DNA of 64,000 bases, taken from assembly GCF_009914755.1 (NCBI RefSeq), contig NC_060927.1; one strand, given 5' to 3'. The stretch is from the human T2T-CHM13v2.0 reference genome, Homo sapiens. Numbering within the stretch: the stretch's first letter is position 1; every line of letters starts with the position of its first letter. Below are positions 43,085 to 56,075 of this stretch, one piece after another. A program made the position numbers and the translations under genes. Under the pieces are notes generated by a model, which was not told the origin of the DNA, searched no databases, and saw nothing but the letters and a program-made list of their open reading frames with translations.

Positions 43085-43330
43085 GTATGACAAACTTATA
43101 AAGAGCATGGGTTTGGAGTTAGGCGGACTGAATTCAAATTCTGGCTTCTCTACTTCCTAGCCTAACCTTGGGCAAGCTGTTTAGCCTCTCAGAGCCTCAG
43201 TTTCCTCATCTGCAGGACAGAGTATAATAATGATACTTACCTTCAATGGTGTATTGAGAATTAAATGAGAAAATACAGGTAAAGGGTTTAATCTAGTGGC
43301 TGGGACAGAAATAAGTGGTCAATAAACAGT
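43085..43330 (+). mobile_element. MIR
   Basis: CCTTGGGCAAGCTGTTTAGCCTCTCAGAGCCTCAGTTTCCTCATCTG core. Confidence 0.75.
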
Positions 43331-43780
43331 TCACAAACACACACAGGTAAAAACAAAAGTCCAAGAGGTTATATGACGTTTGTAGACAATGAACATCAAA
43401 ATGTTGCATGTGCCTTGATGTATCAGTACCCAGTGGCCTCTGATAATTTATCTTAAACTTTTGAAGACACTTTCTGCAGATGACAGCTACTACTCCCAAC
43501 TTGCCTTTGCTTTGACATTTCCAAACCCTCTTTCCCCAGCAGTCATCCTACAGTTAGTTACCTTCTTCAGTTAGCTCTACAATGGAAGTGGTCCTCCTTG
43601 TAACCTTACCTTCATCTTGTTGGATCTGAGCTAATGGACATTTCAAAGGTGTTTCCTGGGGGAAGCAGGCAGACAGTGTGGACTGGAGGATGGGGACTCC
43701 CCCCAGGACCTCTCCACCCCTGATGTGCCACCTCGCCCTTTCAAAAACCACTGGAGCATGTTTGAGAAAAGTTAAGCTGT

Positions 43781-43786
43781 TTTATT
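43781..43786 (-). terminator. Distal polyadenylation signal AATAAA of SRGAP3
   Basis: TTTATT on plus strand; GT/T-rich sequence (GTGGTTTTTG) about 35 nt downstream on minus. Confidence 0.7.
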
Positions 43787-46700
43787 TCACAGGATAGCTC
43801 CACGTCAAACCAGCAGGCACCATCAGAATACGCGACAGAGGATCCAATCAGACACTCTATAGGACGGGCGTTTGGTCGTAAGGTAGAGAAACGATATCCA
43901 GAAGAGGGCAACATTTATCATCACGTGGGGACAGGCAACCAGCAATTTCCTAGGGTGGTTTTGGTCTGTTTTTCCTGTCACAATTTGGGGAGGAAGGAAA
44001 CCAAAGGAAACAAAATAGACCAGCCACTCTGAAGCAATCAGAATCAAACCTATTGCCAAACCATGTAAACAGTCACACTGCCGGGAACAAGGGCCTGGGC
44101 AGAAACCCTAGCCAGGATCTACTTCCGTCTAAGGAAGGAAAAGTGCACTCTGGTTGTTCTGGTTCAAGGAACAGCTTTGTTATTGGCCGGGGACAACTCA
44201 CACAGAAAGGAGGTGTCAACAAGGGGCAGCGATGGCCATGTGGCCAGTCCCAGAGGGACAGCAGGACACTGGCAGATCAATCTCAGGGAGGTCAGGAGGG
44301 CTTGGACCTGACAGCAAAGTCCCTTCTCTCGGCTCCCCTGGGCAGCTTTGGATATGTGGGGAATGTTCTATGTGGCTGCTCAGAGGAGAGGAGACCCCAG
44401 AGAACCGGGGAAGTTGACATGAAATGTCAGCATTAGCTCTGCACAGCAGAAAATCAGCTAGGCAACACCTCGGCTCACCCCTTTCTGCCTTTCCTCCTGG
44501 CCGCCACCCCGACTCCCAGCCCAGCAGGGGCTAACCCCATGGTTGTGAGCCAGCCACTCTTCTTTCTGGGTTTCTCAGGAGAGTGAGGCATTTGCACTAG
44601 TGTGGAACCATCTGGATGTGTGAAAAGTTAGGAATAGAAAGACTGAGAGGAAGAACCATTACCCGAGTCCTCGTGTTTTTCCATTAGCTGTGGACATGCA
44701 CTGAATGCCACATCACGACCAGGTCACGAGAAGTCCTCCACATTCGTGCCTCCTGAATGACAGAGAAATATACCCAACAAGGCACTCCAAGGGACTCCAA
44801 CAGAGAAGAAAGCCCCACATAAAGGCCCCTTCCCACACTGGTTCCTCTTTGTGTACCACAAACCGGTTTTAAATGTTTATAAGGCAGATCTCTGAACTGC
44901 TGGTTCCAGCCGATAGCCAAAATATGGCTCAATTTCCCTGTGTCTCTTCCCACTCCGATTTCTTCATTGAATAGAAACCTTTCATCCCTTGGGAATCCAT
45001 CTCTCTCCTGACCCCTGGCCTGGTGACTTCAGAGAAAAGACTCCAAAGTCTAATTCCCAAGCTCGCAATTCCCTCCGATTGTGCACTCTGTCCGGGGTTC
45101 AAAAGGCGCTTCGAGGTGAGAAATCGTTAGCACTGAAACAAGGAAAGGCAAGAATTTTTCATAGAATCCCACAGCTCAGAGCAGCTCTTTAAGAGGAAAA
45201 GGGAATAAAAGGGGACGGGGAGAGTGGGGTAGGAAGCACAGCTTGTTCTCAATTTTATCCAAAAAGCTCTTTAGTGGCAGCTGAGCCACAAGGCCCAGGA
45301 AACTAGACCAGGAATTAATTGTCTTTGGTCAGTTTTAAATGAACAACTTGCTGGTTCATTCCTAGAATAGACTGAACGTCGGTTACACATAAAGACAAAA
45401 GGCTTGACCTCAGGATAAGTCGAAGGTTAAGAAAAGAAATCATTCCATGAAGCAAAGAAAAAAAAATGCCCGTTGTCAACTAACTGATCAGTACGGCTTT
45501 CAGTAATGGTGATGAACAAGTAGGTAAACACCACTTCCCCTTGTACAATTGGTTATATTGAAGACTACTAACTAGGTTACTACATTTCCCCCACACTCAC
45601 TGTACAGTTAGGTATTTGTTTTTACATTGATATATCTACTAGGTGCAAAGATTTGGTGAGTGGCATTGGCTAAAATTTAATTGTAGCCTTTTTAAAAATT
45701 ACAATTTCACATTTTAACAGTTACTTTCCAGCATTTAAGCAAATACAGCAATATATAGTGGACTAAAACAGGCAGGAGTCAGAAAGAGAAAGCCAATGTT
45801 CAGTGAACGTCGATGGGACTGAGTGCTGTGGAGGGTGAGTGAGACATGCATAGTGCCAGATGAGGAAGTGGGAACAGGGGAGGGGGGCGGGAAAGTATTT
45901 TTCCACTTGGCCTGCGTCAAGGCTCAGATCTGGGGCTGGATGAGTGGGGAGACGTCTGCCATCTGTGTGTGTACATCCCTAAATGTGAACTCATCAGCCA
46001 TTTCCCAATGGAAAAAAAAAAAAAAGGTGCTTAAAGAAAACAGCTAAGACTCTGCCCTCAGAAAATTCAGTGAAAGGCAGGTCCATTTTCAGTAAGAAAA
46101 AAACAAAATCAGTCAATTCAGAGAAAAATCCACACGGTCTGATTGGTGTTATGTATATCAGGCAACAGATTTTTCTACTCTGATTGTTGCTTTTCATCTG
46201 GCAGTTGTGGCAGATTGCTATATTTTGCCTGGGAGGCTACTGGATTTAGGATCTGGGAGTATCTTGAGGGTAGAAATCAGAAGTCTTGTGTCCTGGCTGG
46301 ACAGTATAGCATCCAGCATGCAAACACATGACTTTAAGAGCCTGACGCAGCCTCTGCTCCTAGCCAGTGTCAAATCTTGGGCAGGTCACAGCACAGCCCA
46401 AGGCCTTACTCTCTTAAGCTGTAAAATGGCAATATCTTTCTGTGCTCCAAGCAGATGGCCTTTCATATCCAGGAGCTAAAGAGAAGGGTTCATTCTAGGC
46501 CAAACAAGGGAGGTCAAGTTTGACACTGGCCTCTCCCTGAGATCCCTTTTTTTGTTCCTCTCCTGATGCTCCCTTCCACTGTGGGGTGTCAAGTCCAGTC
46601 CTTCAGACGAGGTAGTGGCTTTACCCTCCTAACTTATCTAGGTGCCAGTGACTTAACTAGGTCCCTCCCTTTGGGTGTATTTACCTTTTCGCGGGGGACC

Positions 46701-48204
46701 AGAGGAGAGGGCACCACTTCATCCAATGGGCTGAAATGTTAATGATGGAATCCAGGGCTCTTATTAGGATGGCAGGAAAATTCCACTGCTCACTTCTGAA
46801 ATGCCATTGGGAGGTTTCAAAAAGAAGGGCTGGAGGGCTCTGATCTAAGACTTACCTTACTAATGATAATCACAAACGCATTGTATTGATTCAGTGTTTT
46901 CCAGTGTACACAGCTTGCTCACTGATGTTTGACCTTTATTACCCTATTTTATGGAGCAGAACAGTCAGGCTCAATGAGGTGGAGTGACAAACCCTAAGTC
47001 AGAAGGCTCCTAAGTGCTCAGGGCTGGGACTCAGACTCTGGGCCTTTTGACTCCAAACTTCAGTGGCCTCGAGAGAGAGGAAGCGTGGGAACAGTAGGGA
47101 AAAGCCCCTGGGTCTCGCAGGAGAGGGTAAGTAACAGCGGCCCACAGGGCACACAGATTTGCCCGTGTGCCATTATCCAGAAACAGCTCATCTCTGGAAG
47201 TGATCAGAAGAGGAGGTAAAATGGAATCGAAGGAGAGCGACCCGGAAGGGCTTTACTTGGCCAAGAGGCAAAGGCCTGGCTGTCACACGTGAAGATCATG
47301 CACCCATTTCTATCACCACATTTTCATCTACACTAAATGTTCTGGAGGGAGTGGGTGAAGGGGGAGGGAAGGGAAGCTATGTCACTTGTATTAACTCAAC
47401 TGACAGTGTCCTCTAGGACAGAAAGTGCCAAGGACTGCCCCTCCCTGGCCCCAGTCTGAACTGGGCGCTCACGGCTCATGCGTTTCATGCAAGACGGCAC
47501 CAGCCACAGTGCATCACAGCCTGATTTAAAATGAAAACGATGTGACTCAAAGCCTCCTTGCCTGTTTAGTTCCAAATCTGACACAGTATAATTAGTAGAA
47601 CCAGGAAAAGAAAAAATTAAATAGTTTGAAAATGATATAAGTTAAACCTCTATAGTTACCACAGATTTATTCCTACAGCATTTCTAGGTTTTGGAGTATT
47701 CCACACCACTGTATTTTTATTTTTCCCAACCACATGTAATACTGTGCTACGATGGGGCTTAGGTTCTCACTATCCCCCGTCTCTACACACAAACACAAGG
47801 ATGTGGTAGTCAGGGGTCTTCTCGCCAACCTTCTCCCATGCCTTTGGGAGTACAGTTGGCCTTTGGCCTCCGGGTGGAAGGGCAGGGTCTCTGGGGTGGA
47901 CGGGGGTGGGGATTTCCTATGAAGGGTTCCCCACCTCTGGGAGCAGCCTGCTTGGGGGTACTGCCTGCCCCACCCTTCCTTGAGGGGCAGACTGTTCTGG
48001 AAGGCCACGACTTCTGGAGACAGTGGGAGTCTGTTTTTGTTTGTGTTTTTCTGCAGGTTAGTGGTATATTGCTTCATTCGCAGTTACTATGGGCCTTTAA
48101 GTTCTCCCAGAAAAGTCCCTGCAAATCCCACCAAATAACTCGGTGGGAGATGTTTGGTGGCATGGATCTGAGGTAAATCTAAGTTTCATAAAAAGAAAAA
48201 GGAG

Positions 48205-48358
48205 ATACTATATACACTTAGTATGCGTGTGTCCAGATCTAGTATATGTATATAGATGCATAAATATATATATATATACACACACCTACAGACACGTACA
48301 TACGTATACATGTGTATATATGCACACATCGATATACACACACATATACGTATGTAGA
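48205..48358. repeat. Alternating purine-pyrimidine (TA/CA)n tract in the SRGAP3 3'UTR
   Basis: TATATATATATATACACACAC...GTACATACGTATACATGTGTATATATGCACAC. Confidence 0.85.
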
Positions 48359-48688
48359 GAGAATGTCGAGAGAGGAAGTTTCCAGTGACGATATGCGGGA
48401 GAAGCCATGTGGTATTTTGCCTCCATGTTAGGGAATGCTGTGGTTGGGGCTGCTGGAGCTCCAGCACTCCTCTGGTCGTCTGTTGACACGCGAGAGGTCC
48501 GTGGGATTCCCATGGCTGGACGTGAGCTGCAGCCAGCGCCCGGGCCTCAGCTCTGCACAGACACACCCTCCCAGACGGACCTCTGCCCTCCAAGGCCAGG
48601 GTCACTGGGAAGCACGTGGAAGCCACCAAGGCCACCCTGGGCCGTGGTGAGCCACAGCGGGCCACGGCGGCGCGGCCCATCCTGCAGG

Positions 48689-49102
48689 TCACATGGTGCC
48701 CGACTTGTCCGCTGAGCTGTTGGGGAACATCTTCTCGGTGGGCGTCACGGCCGGGCTGCCCACGCCCGAGCTGCTGCTGCTGCTGGACCGGTGCTGGACC
48801 ACCGGCCGCACGGGCCGCATGGGGGGCGGGCGGAGCTGGGCGCCAGCCAGGCGGGCGGACAGGGCTGGCTTGAAGGTGGTCATCATCTCGGTGGAGGAGC
48901 TGCTGCTGCGGCGCATGGCGGCATCGGGGTCGCGGATGACGATGGTGTGAAGGGGACTGGCGGGCTCCGAGCTGACGGGGCCTGGCGGGTTCTTCAGGGG
49001 CTCCAGGGTGTCCAGCACCACATCTGGCGCCTGCTTGACCGTGTTCTGCCTCTCGAGTTCCCGCAACTCGTGCAGAGCCGTGCTCATGGTCTTCTCGATG
49101 TC
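48689..49102 (-). CDS. SRGAP3: SRGAP3 last coding exon (DIEKTMSTALHELRELERQ...SADKSGTM*)
   Basis: 414 nt including TGA at 48689-91; acceptor CCCCAG|GAC; srGAP C-terminal coiled-coil motif and Pro-rich stretch. Confidence 0.95.
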   Translation of the reverse strand, partial: DIEKTMSTALHELRELERQNTVKQAPDVVLDTLEPLKNPPGPVSSEPASPLHTIVIRDPDAAMRRSSSSSTEMMTTFKPALSARLAGAQLRPPPMRPVRPVVQHRSSSSSSSGVGSPAVTPTEKMFPNSSADKSGTM

Positions 49103-49334
49103 CTGGGGACAGAGGGAGCTGGGGTCAGCACAGTCTGGAGACCTGGAGTCAGGTCCTTCCTGTCTGCTAAGCAGCTTCCCTTCGTAGGCAGGTTCCCCAG
49201 AAGCCTCGCGGCAGGGATGGAGATTAAGTCCTCAGGATGTCTTATAACCACATGGGAGAACCAATGTGGATATCCCCTGCATGCTGCCTTGCACAGGAAA
49301 TAGATTTCATAAGGGCAGGTCAGACTACTGATAA

Positions 49335-49775
49335 AGAGGGCAGGCTCTGGAGTCAGACAGACACGGATTCAAATCCTGGCTCTGCCACTTCCTTGCTATG
49401 TGACCTTATGCAAGTTCCCTCATCCCTCTGAGCCCCCAGAATCCTCATTTGTAAATGGCAGATAATTATAATATGGACCTCAGGGAGTTGATGAGTGCAT
49501 TAAATGATACAGTCCCTGTGAAGAGCCTGGCCTGACCCCTGGCACAGAGTAAGCACTCAAAAATACGAATGACAATAGCAATAGCAATAATAGCTAACAC
49601 TGAGCACCAATCCAAACCCTGCCCCCTAATAATTCATTTAATCCTCACACTTCTAAGGTAGGAACTACCTTTATGCTCATGTCACACAGGAGGAAACTGA
49701 AGCTCAGACTGGTTAAGTAACTTGCCCAAGGTCACACAGCTAATTAGCAGCATAGCCCAAGTCTGAACCCAGTCA
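49335..49775. mobile_element. Two MIRs in opposite orientation (49335-49560, 49590-49775)
   Basis: GCTATGTGACCTTATGCAAGTT...CTCTGAGCC vs GCTCAGACTGGTTAAGTAACTTGCCCAAGGTCACACAGC. Confidence 0.75.
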
Positions 49776-51842
49776 GTTCAGTATTTTTTTAAAAATCCTT
49801 GCTCACAGAAAAATTTCTTGGAGATTATGTATCAGAATGTTCACAGCGCACATCCCAGAATAGAGGGACTGCTACTCTCTTCTCTGTATTATAATCAGAA
49901 AATTTTTTTAAAAAGTGGAAATTTTAACAGGCCAGAAAAATCTTCTTCTGCCTACATAATTCCCGAGGATGTTATAATATCTGAGAGCTCATCAGGAGGA
50001 GAGCACTCTGATTGAGCACTCTGAAGGACTCAGAGAGAGCGAGCCCCCTGCCACCCAGGGCAGCCCGGGCTCACCATGCCACAGGGCAGCTTCCCTCAGC
50101 TCCCGTCCCCTCATGCCCAAGGTGGTGCTGTAGCTGGAAGGCAGCATTTAACCCAAGAGCCCTGGGACAGGCCACAGGGCCCCGGACTTTTGAGTAAAAA
50201 GAATCTGTGGCCAGTTGCTGGCCGTGTGACCCTGAGCAAATCTCAATCACTCTGCACCATATTTTGTTCATCTATTACAATCCCAGACATTTACTGTGAA
50301 TATGGGGTGAGATAATGGATGTGATGAAGCTTTGTAAACTGCCAGGTGGTGGTTTTCAAAATCCTTCTAGCCCAAGAGCCCCATGGGTTCCCATGACTGT
50401 TGACTGGGATGCCTCCGCATCCGACAGACATGAGAGGACCTGCTCAGGCTCAGCTGAGCCACAGCCCAGCTGGCTTGGCCATCGAGGGCACCATGAGGGA
50501 TACTGCCTAAGCCACCACTGGTAGGTGCCGTGCATAACCTCATGGAGGAATGATGACTATTAAGACAGGCTTGCTTTATTGCAAATCCTAAAAAAAATAA
50601 ATAAAAAGTATGAGTCTGGTGAAACAGATGGTGGGGTTGGAGCCTGGAGATGCTGGGGCCGGCCCCTTTCTGCACCCTGGTCTTTTACATTCTCTCCCTC
50701 CCCTGTCTGCAGGTGGCTTCCTGCCTGCCCTAGGCCACATGGCAGGCTTCAATCTGGCTGGGGTCAGGGCCCAGAGCTCTTGCTCCCCGCATTGTCACAG
50801 CCTGTCCTTTTTGTTAGGGGACTATGGATGTCTGGCTAATGGCTAATATTAGCTTGTACGCTTCTCCAGGATGTTTCATCCGTTGCCCCAGAACACCGGC
50901 AACTTTAAGAAAGGGTGTTTTGTGCCTTATCCAAAAGGAGGCGCTGTGGGGGCAATTTTCTGCAGGAAGGGAGGGAAGGCAGACCTCTCCCCATCTCTGC
51001 CATGTGCCAGCCCTGCAGTGACACAGCCGGCTTTCCTGGAGCCGAGCCGCCCTATCATCAACCACTCCGCTTGAAGGAAGCCCCCTATTGACCTCACTAC
51101 TCTCTATTTGCTCTAGTCCAGCATGAGCTGCATGGTGAAACTTTAACACATAAAATGTAATTACTGCCCCTCTACCACCATCCCCACCCGCCCCACCACT
51201 CTACCCCAGCAGAGTAAGCAGAAAGACAGGAAGTTCAGAGAAAGATCAGCTGAGTTGTTTAGGCTGCAGCCTTGCATTAGTCCGAGAGGTGGCGCTGTGA
51301 GTCTCCAGAGCTGAGCGGCAGAGAGGCCCTGGGAGACAGAGTGGGGACCGTGATTGCTTTTCATCTCCTCCCCAATTCGATCTTCCCACTTTGGATGGTC
51401 ATGTTGCAAGTTCCCCAAACAGCCTCTTTAAGTGGGTTCACATCTAAATCCTAAGGGACATTTTGAGACCAAAGAAATTTGGGTCACTCGGCCTACTACC
51501 TGGGGTTCTTCAGCTGCCACTCCCCTTTGCAGCCTGCAAAGTCAAGGGCTCATCAGAGCCAATGCTGAGGCTGGAAACTCTCCAGTGGCAGTGGGTTACT
51601 TACATATCATTTACTACAATTCCCTATTTGACCTCTGTTAGTGAAAGGGGGTCTTGGATGGCAGCTGTCAAACTAGACAGGGTGCAGATCCATCTGCAAA
51701 CTGAGAACACATGCAGCAGGCCCCAAGTGCATTCCAGGGGCAGGTCGTGCAAAACGCTCCATGAATAAAGGTCACAGAAGTCTGGGATATGGGGCATGCC
51801 CTGTTTTCTTTCTTGGAGATTCACAGTGCACATCTTTTAAAG

Positions 51843-52168
51843 CAGCAGTCCCCAACCTTTTTGGCACCAGGGACCGTTTACGTGGAAGACAATTTTTCCA
51901 CAGATGGGGGGTCAGGAGGATGCTTTCGGATGAAACTGCTCCACTTCAGATCAGGCATTAGATTCTCCTCAGGAGAGCACTACCTAGATCCCTCACATGC
52001 GCAGTTCACAACAGGGTTCACGGCCTGTGAAGATCTAATGCCCCCGCTGATCTGACAGGAGGCAGAGCTCACGCAATAATGCTGGCTCCCGCTGCTCACC
52101 TCCTACTGTGCAGCCTGGTTCCTAACAGGCCACAGATCCATCCATGGCCCGGGGGCTGGGGGTGCCTG
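51843..52168 (+). mobile_element. MER1B-like hAT-Charlie element
   Basis: CAGCAGTCCCCAACCTTTTTGGCACCAGGGACCG start; 8 bp flanks TTTTAAAG / CTTTAAAG. Confidence 0.85.
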
Positions 52169-53059
52169 CTTTAAAGGTTTTATAAGTCTTACAGAGAAGC
52201 CACTCAACTTTGTCAGAGCAGCATTCCCCAAACCTTGCTGACCACAGAACATGTATTCCCTACCCACTCCCTAGCATCCTGTGGGACTAATCTGCTGTGA
52301 GAGCTACTTTTAGAAACAGTTTTCTAGACTGCATTTGATTCTTTATAAATGTAAAGGGCCCTGGGGCAGGCCTCAGGCCATCCTCTATCATAACTGGTAG
52401 AACTTTCTAGACTGGTAGAGTTTCCAGATGATGGTGGGTGCTAGGGTGATGTTTCCTCAAGTATGGGGGGGACCAGCAGCTGGCATGCCTCCTCGGAAGG
52501 CACTGATCTTCAGGGACCCCTGGGAATGGGCATGGGGCCAAACTAGAGCCTGCTGGTGTGAACAGGAGTACTCATTGCTAGGTGAGCTGTTTCTGTGTTG
52601 TGTATTCCCTGGGAACCCTGCCTGGCCTCCTCTAGAACACAGCTCATGACTCCCTGCCCTTCTTCCTTCTCCTTTTGAACAGCGATTCAAAGGCTACTCT
52701 CCACAGTAAAATTCTCACAGACCAGAAGGTTCTGATTGTCTCTGTTACCTTATGTGGGAGAGAACACTAGGGAGAGGGTACATAATGGGCCCCCACACCA
52801 AATTCCAGAGACAAAAAAAATGGAAACTTCTCAAAATATGATAGAACTGTCAAAAAACCCATGAAACCGGCTATGCAAACTGTTAAACAAATCACAGTTC
52901 TATTCATTTGGCAAATGTAAAAATCATATAGATTTTTCATCCAAATACAAAACAAACAAACAAAAGCCAACCCTCTAAGCACTTGAGAAGAACCTGGAAC
53001 ATTCTTCTCTTGCAGCTTCGGCTATTTAGCTCTGCCCACCCTTTGGGTCTCAGGTCAAG

Positions 53060-53370
53060 TCCTCTCCAGAGAAGTCTCTCCCTGCCTAGGTGCAATCCTC
53101 ACATTTTAGGCTCTCAAAATACTTTGGACCATTCCTTAAAGGCACCCAACCAAACAACTATTTCACAACTGTGTGTGTGTGTTTGTTGATGTCTCTTTCT
53201 TCTCTAAACTGTAAGCTCCATGTGGGCAGGGCCTGAGTCCATTTTAGATCTCCATTTTACTGTTGGTGGCTAGCATGGTGACGGCCACATGATAGATGCT
53301 CAATCAATATTTGCCAGTGAATGAATTGATGAATGAAGAGAGAAATGAATGAATGAGTGAATGAATGAGT
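53060..53370. mobile_element. L2 3' end with (TGAA)n tail
   Basis: CTGTAAGCTCCATGTGGGCAGGG...ATAGATGCTCAATCAATATTTG...TGAATGAATGA. Confidence 0.75.
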
Positions 53371-53681
53371 CAAAAACTGAATCGTATCATTTTGTGTAGT
53401 GACCTGCCATTACCCCAGCCCCATAATCTGGCCAATGCCCTCTCCAGCCCTGGACACTGGGGGTGTTCAGCCTCTATCGGAACCCTAGCAGTGGCTGCTC
53501 CCAACCAGTCTCCACTCCCACGGGAAGCCCAGCAAGGGACGGGGAGGCCACTCACTCTCCTGTTCTCTGGCTTAGCCATGAGCCTGGCATAAAGGCCAAG
53601 GTGGCTCCCCGCTCCACGGATTCCCACCCGCTGCCCTCTGGGGCTTTTGGCTGCCCAGCCTGCCTTCCCGCTGGCCCTTAC

Positions 53682-54009
53682 TTCTGCCAGGGCCTCGGCC
53701 TCCAGGGACTTGTGGTCCCCTAGGCTGCTGTGCCTGGTGGAACCGCAGGTCGACCTCATCGAGTGCCCTTCGGAGAGCGCCTTCTTGTCAGGGTAGTTGA
53801 TGCTGCCAGCGCTCCCGAACGTCGCCATCCTCCGCTTCTCAGGGCTCTCGATCCTCCCCCGGGTGAGGGGGATTTTGTGGGGGCTGCTGGGGCAGGCAGC
53901 AGCCCGGGGTGGTGTGTCTATGCTGGGGCCCAGGCCCCGGGGCGGGCTGTGTGTGTCGCCCCCGCTTCGGCGTCTGGGGATGGCTGCTCCATCAGATCGT
54001 AACCGCACT
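53682..54009 (-). CDS. SRGAP3: SRGAP3 penultimate exon (VRLRSDGAAIPRRRSGG...EAEALAE)
   Basis: 328 nt inside ORF 53370..54236; acceptor TTGCAG|A, donor GAA|GTAAGG; phase 2 to 0. Confidence 0.94.
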
Positions 54010-56075
54010 CTGCAAAGGAGCCAGGGGGCGAGGGGCATGGGGCAGAGGTCAAGCCTGGCAAGTCTCAGAATGGGTGAGTCAACCCCATGCCACACACTAC
54101 ACGCTAGTCTAAGGAGCGGGTACAGTAAAGCCTCATTCAGCCAGACCCTACAATTCCATAATGAAAGAGCTGGCTCAGCACACAGCTCAGCAGCAGGGGG
54201 AGGTCTAATCTGTAAACATGAAAGCATTTGGAGCACGGTGCTTCCAGGCCACAGACAGCTGTGCCGCCAACCGCAAAATGCATCTGGTCTACATGCTAAG
54301 TCAAGGCCTACAGGATTCCAACCCTGGAAACGCTTTGGTGATGGTTAGTTGGGCTCATGATACCCTCTGAAGCAGTTCAGACATTTCCATGATTCTGAGG
54401 GGCTTCTAATTGGTCTGAAGCTTTGAGGCTTGACTGTACCAAAGTTACCAGCACCCTGCAAGCACAGTTGGGGTCCCCTGGGAACTGAAGACACTCTAAC
54501 GTTGCCACCCAACCCCCAATCTCCCCAGAAGAGGGCTCCTTCTGCGAGGCTTTTTTGGATCTTGGAAAACTAGTCATTCAAGAGTAAACACTGCATGGCT
54601 GGACAGCCCTTTTGTGCATTTGGTACCTTTCCCACTTCAGGGAGGCTCTGGTGTGGTGAAAAGGGGATTAGGTTGTGTTTCAGGAAGGTGAGTTCTTGCC
54701 CTGTGTCTGCCGCGTGCTTTCCTGTGTCCTCTCTCAAGCCCACTTTATTAATCTGTGAAGCGGGTTTAAGCAAGATCCTTTGCCCACCCTTTACCTTTGC
54801 TTCAAGTGGGTTTGAAAGCACCTTGAAGATAAGAGGTTCTATACACAGGAGATTTGGCTGCATCCTACAGAGGTCACCAAGAGTCTGAAGGGCTAGAAGT
54901 GGTGAGGGGAGAGGGAGAGGGACCGTGTGTTGGGAATGGATTATGACTAGGGACCACCAGTGATTCAGATCCTAGTGCCACCAGCCAAGCTAAGCAGTGC
55001 TTGTGGGTGCCCCAGCAGGACCAAAGCATAGGTATTGGAAAGGAAGCAGTACTTAGAAAGAAAGAACAAGAACAAAGGAGGTGAGGGCGGGGGACAAGGG
55101 AGAGGAAAAGAGAGGCAGAAGATATGGTCCTCCTAGAAGTCAGGGGACCATAACTTCTTTGTCTACCTACGCCAGCCTTCCACTTCCCTGACCTTCTCAA
55201 TTCCACCACAGTGCCCCGAGCTATCTGCTGAACTGAATGGAATTTGCAGAAAAGAGGCATCAGGATTTTTGCTGAAATAAATTCATAAATTGTGTGTTCC
55301 CACTGTGACTGATTTTTTTGGGGTCTATCTGCAAATACCTACATGTGTGGGCTGACCACATGACCCCTCCACTGGAAAAAACATAGAATATGACATTTTG
55401 AGAGTGTGACTAAAAAGGCAGTGAGAAACTGTCAGCTTTTCTTTTCTTTTCTTCTTATTTCCTCATTAATTTTTTAAAAAATAACCACATACTTTGGATT
55501 ATACCTGTTCTCAGAAGGACATGCACAGCTCCTTGCCTGGTAGAAAGGTTATGTGACACAGCCTGGCCCACACATAGGGAGCGAAGAAATTGGTAATACT
55601 GCTCCCTCCAAATAAGTGGGTGGAGTCGAGGGTCAATTTCCTTCAACACATGAGTAGGTGTGAGTTTTCTGTTTATGTAGCGCGTTTCAGGGAATATGTG
55701 AGCTTTACATTTTTAAATATAACAACTCAGTTCTACAACAGAAAGCTGGAAGGAGGTGCAGGAACTGGACACAGGTAGGAAAAATACTTGCCAATTTGTA
55801 TCTCTCTCACACATTATTATTATTTTAAATAAAAAAGCACTGGGTTCCCAACACATGTCTTTCCTCCTCCTCCTCCCTGCAACACAGGCTGGATGGTTCT
55901 ATACCTGGCCTTCTTGGGCCAATGCCAGCCAGCCCGCCCAGTGTGCCCATTTCATTTTGTGGGGAACAAGGGGCTGCAGTAGGCTCCTTCTCTCCTCTCT
56001 GCCCTTGTGCTTCTCCCAAATCAGACATGAACAGGATTGACACTAGCAGGGAAAAAATGAATCCGCATATCCTAC

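Larger units (their letters stand above)
43760..48688 (-). other. SRGAP3: SRGAP3 3'UTR (~4.9 kb), distal end approximate
   Basis: Continuous from the stop codon, repeat-poor, ends near AATAAA (minus) at 43781-86. Confidence 0.75.

Noticed and set aside
48186-48692. 168 aa minus ORF overlapping the SRGAP3 stop; possible read-through or downstream ORF
   Set aside because: GTG start and runs into a TA/CA microsatellite; stop context TGA-CCTG is not the strong TGA-CTAG read-through motif
48791-49303. 170 aa plus-strand ORF antisense to the SRGAP3 last exon
   Set aside because: Stop-poor shadow of a GC-rich coding exon; non-ATG start and no recognisable domain
53797-54348. 183 aa plus-strand ORF antisense to the SRGAP3 penultimate exon
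   Set aside because: Same shadow effect; no independent evidence
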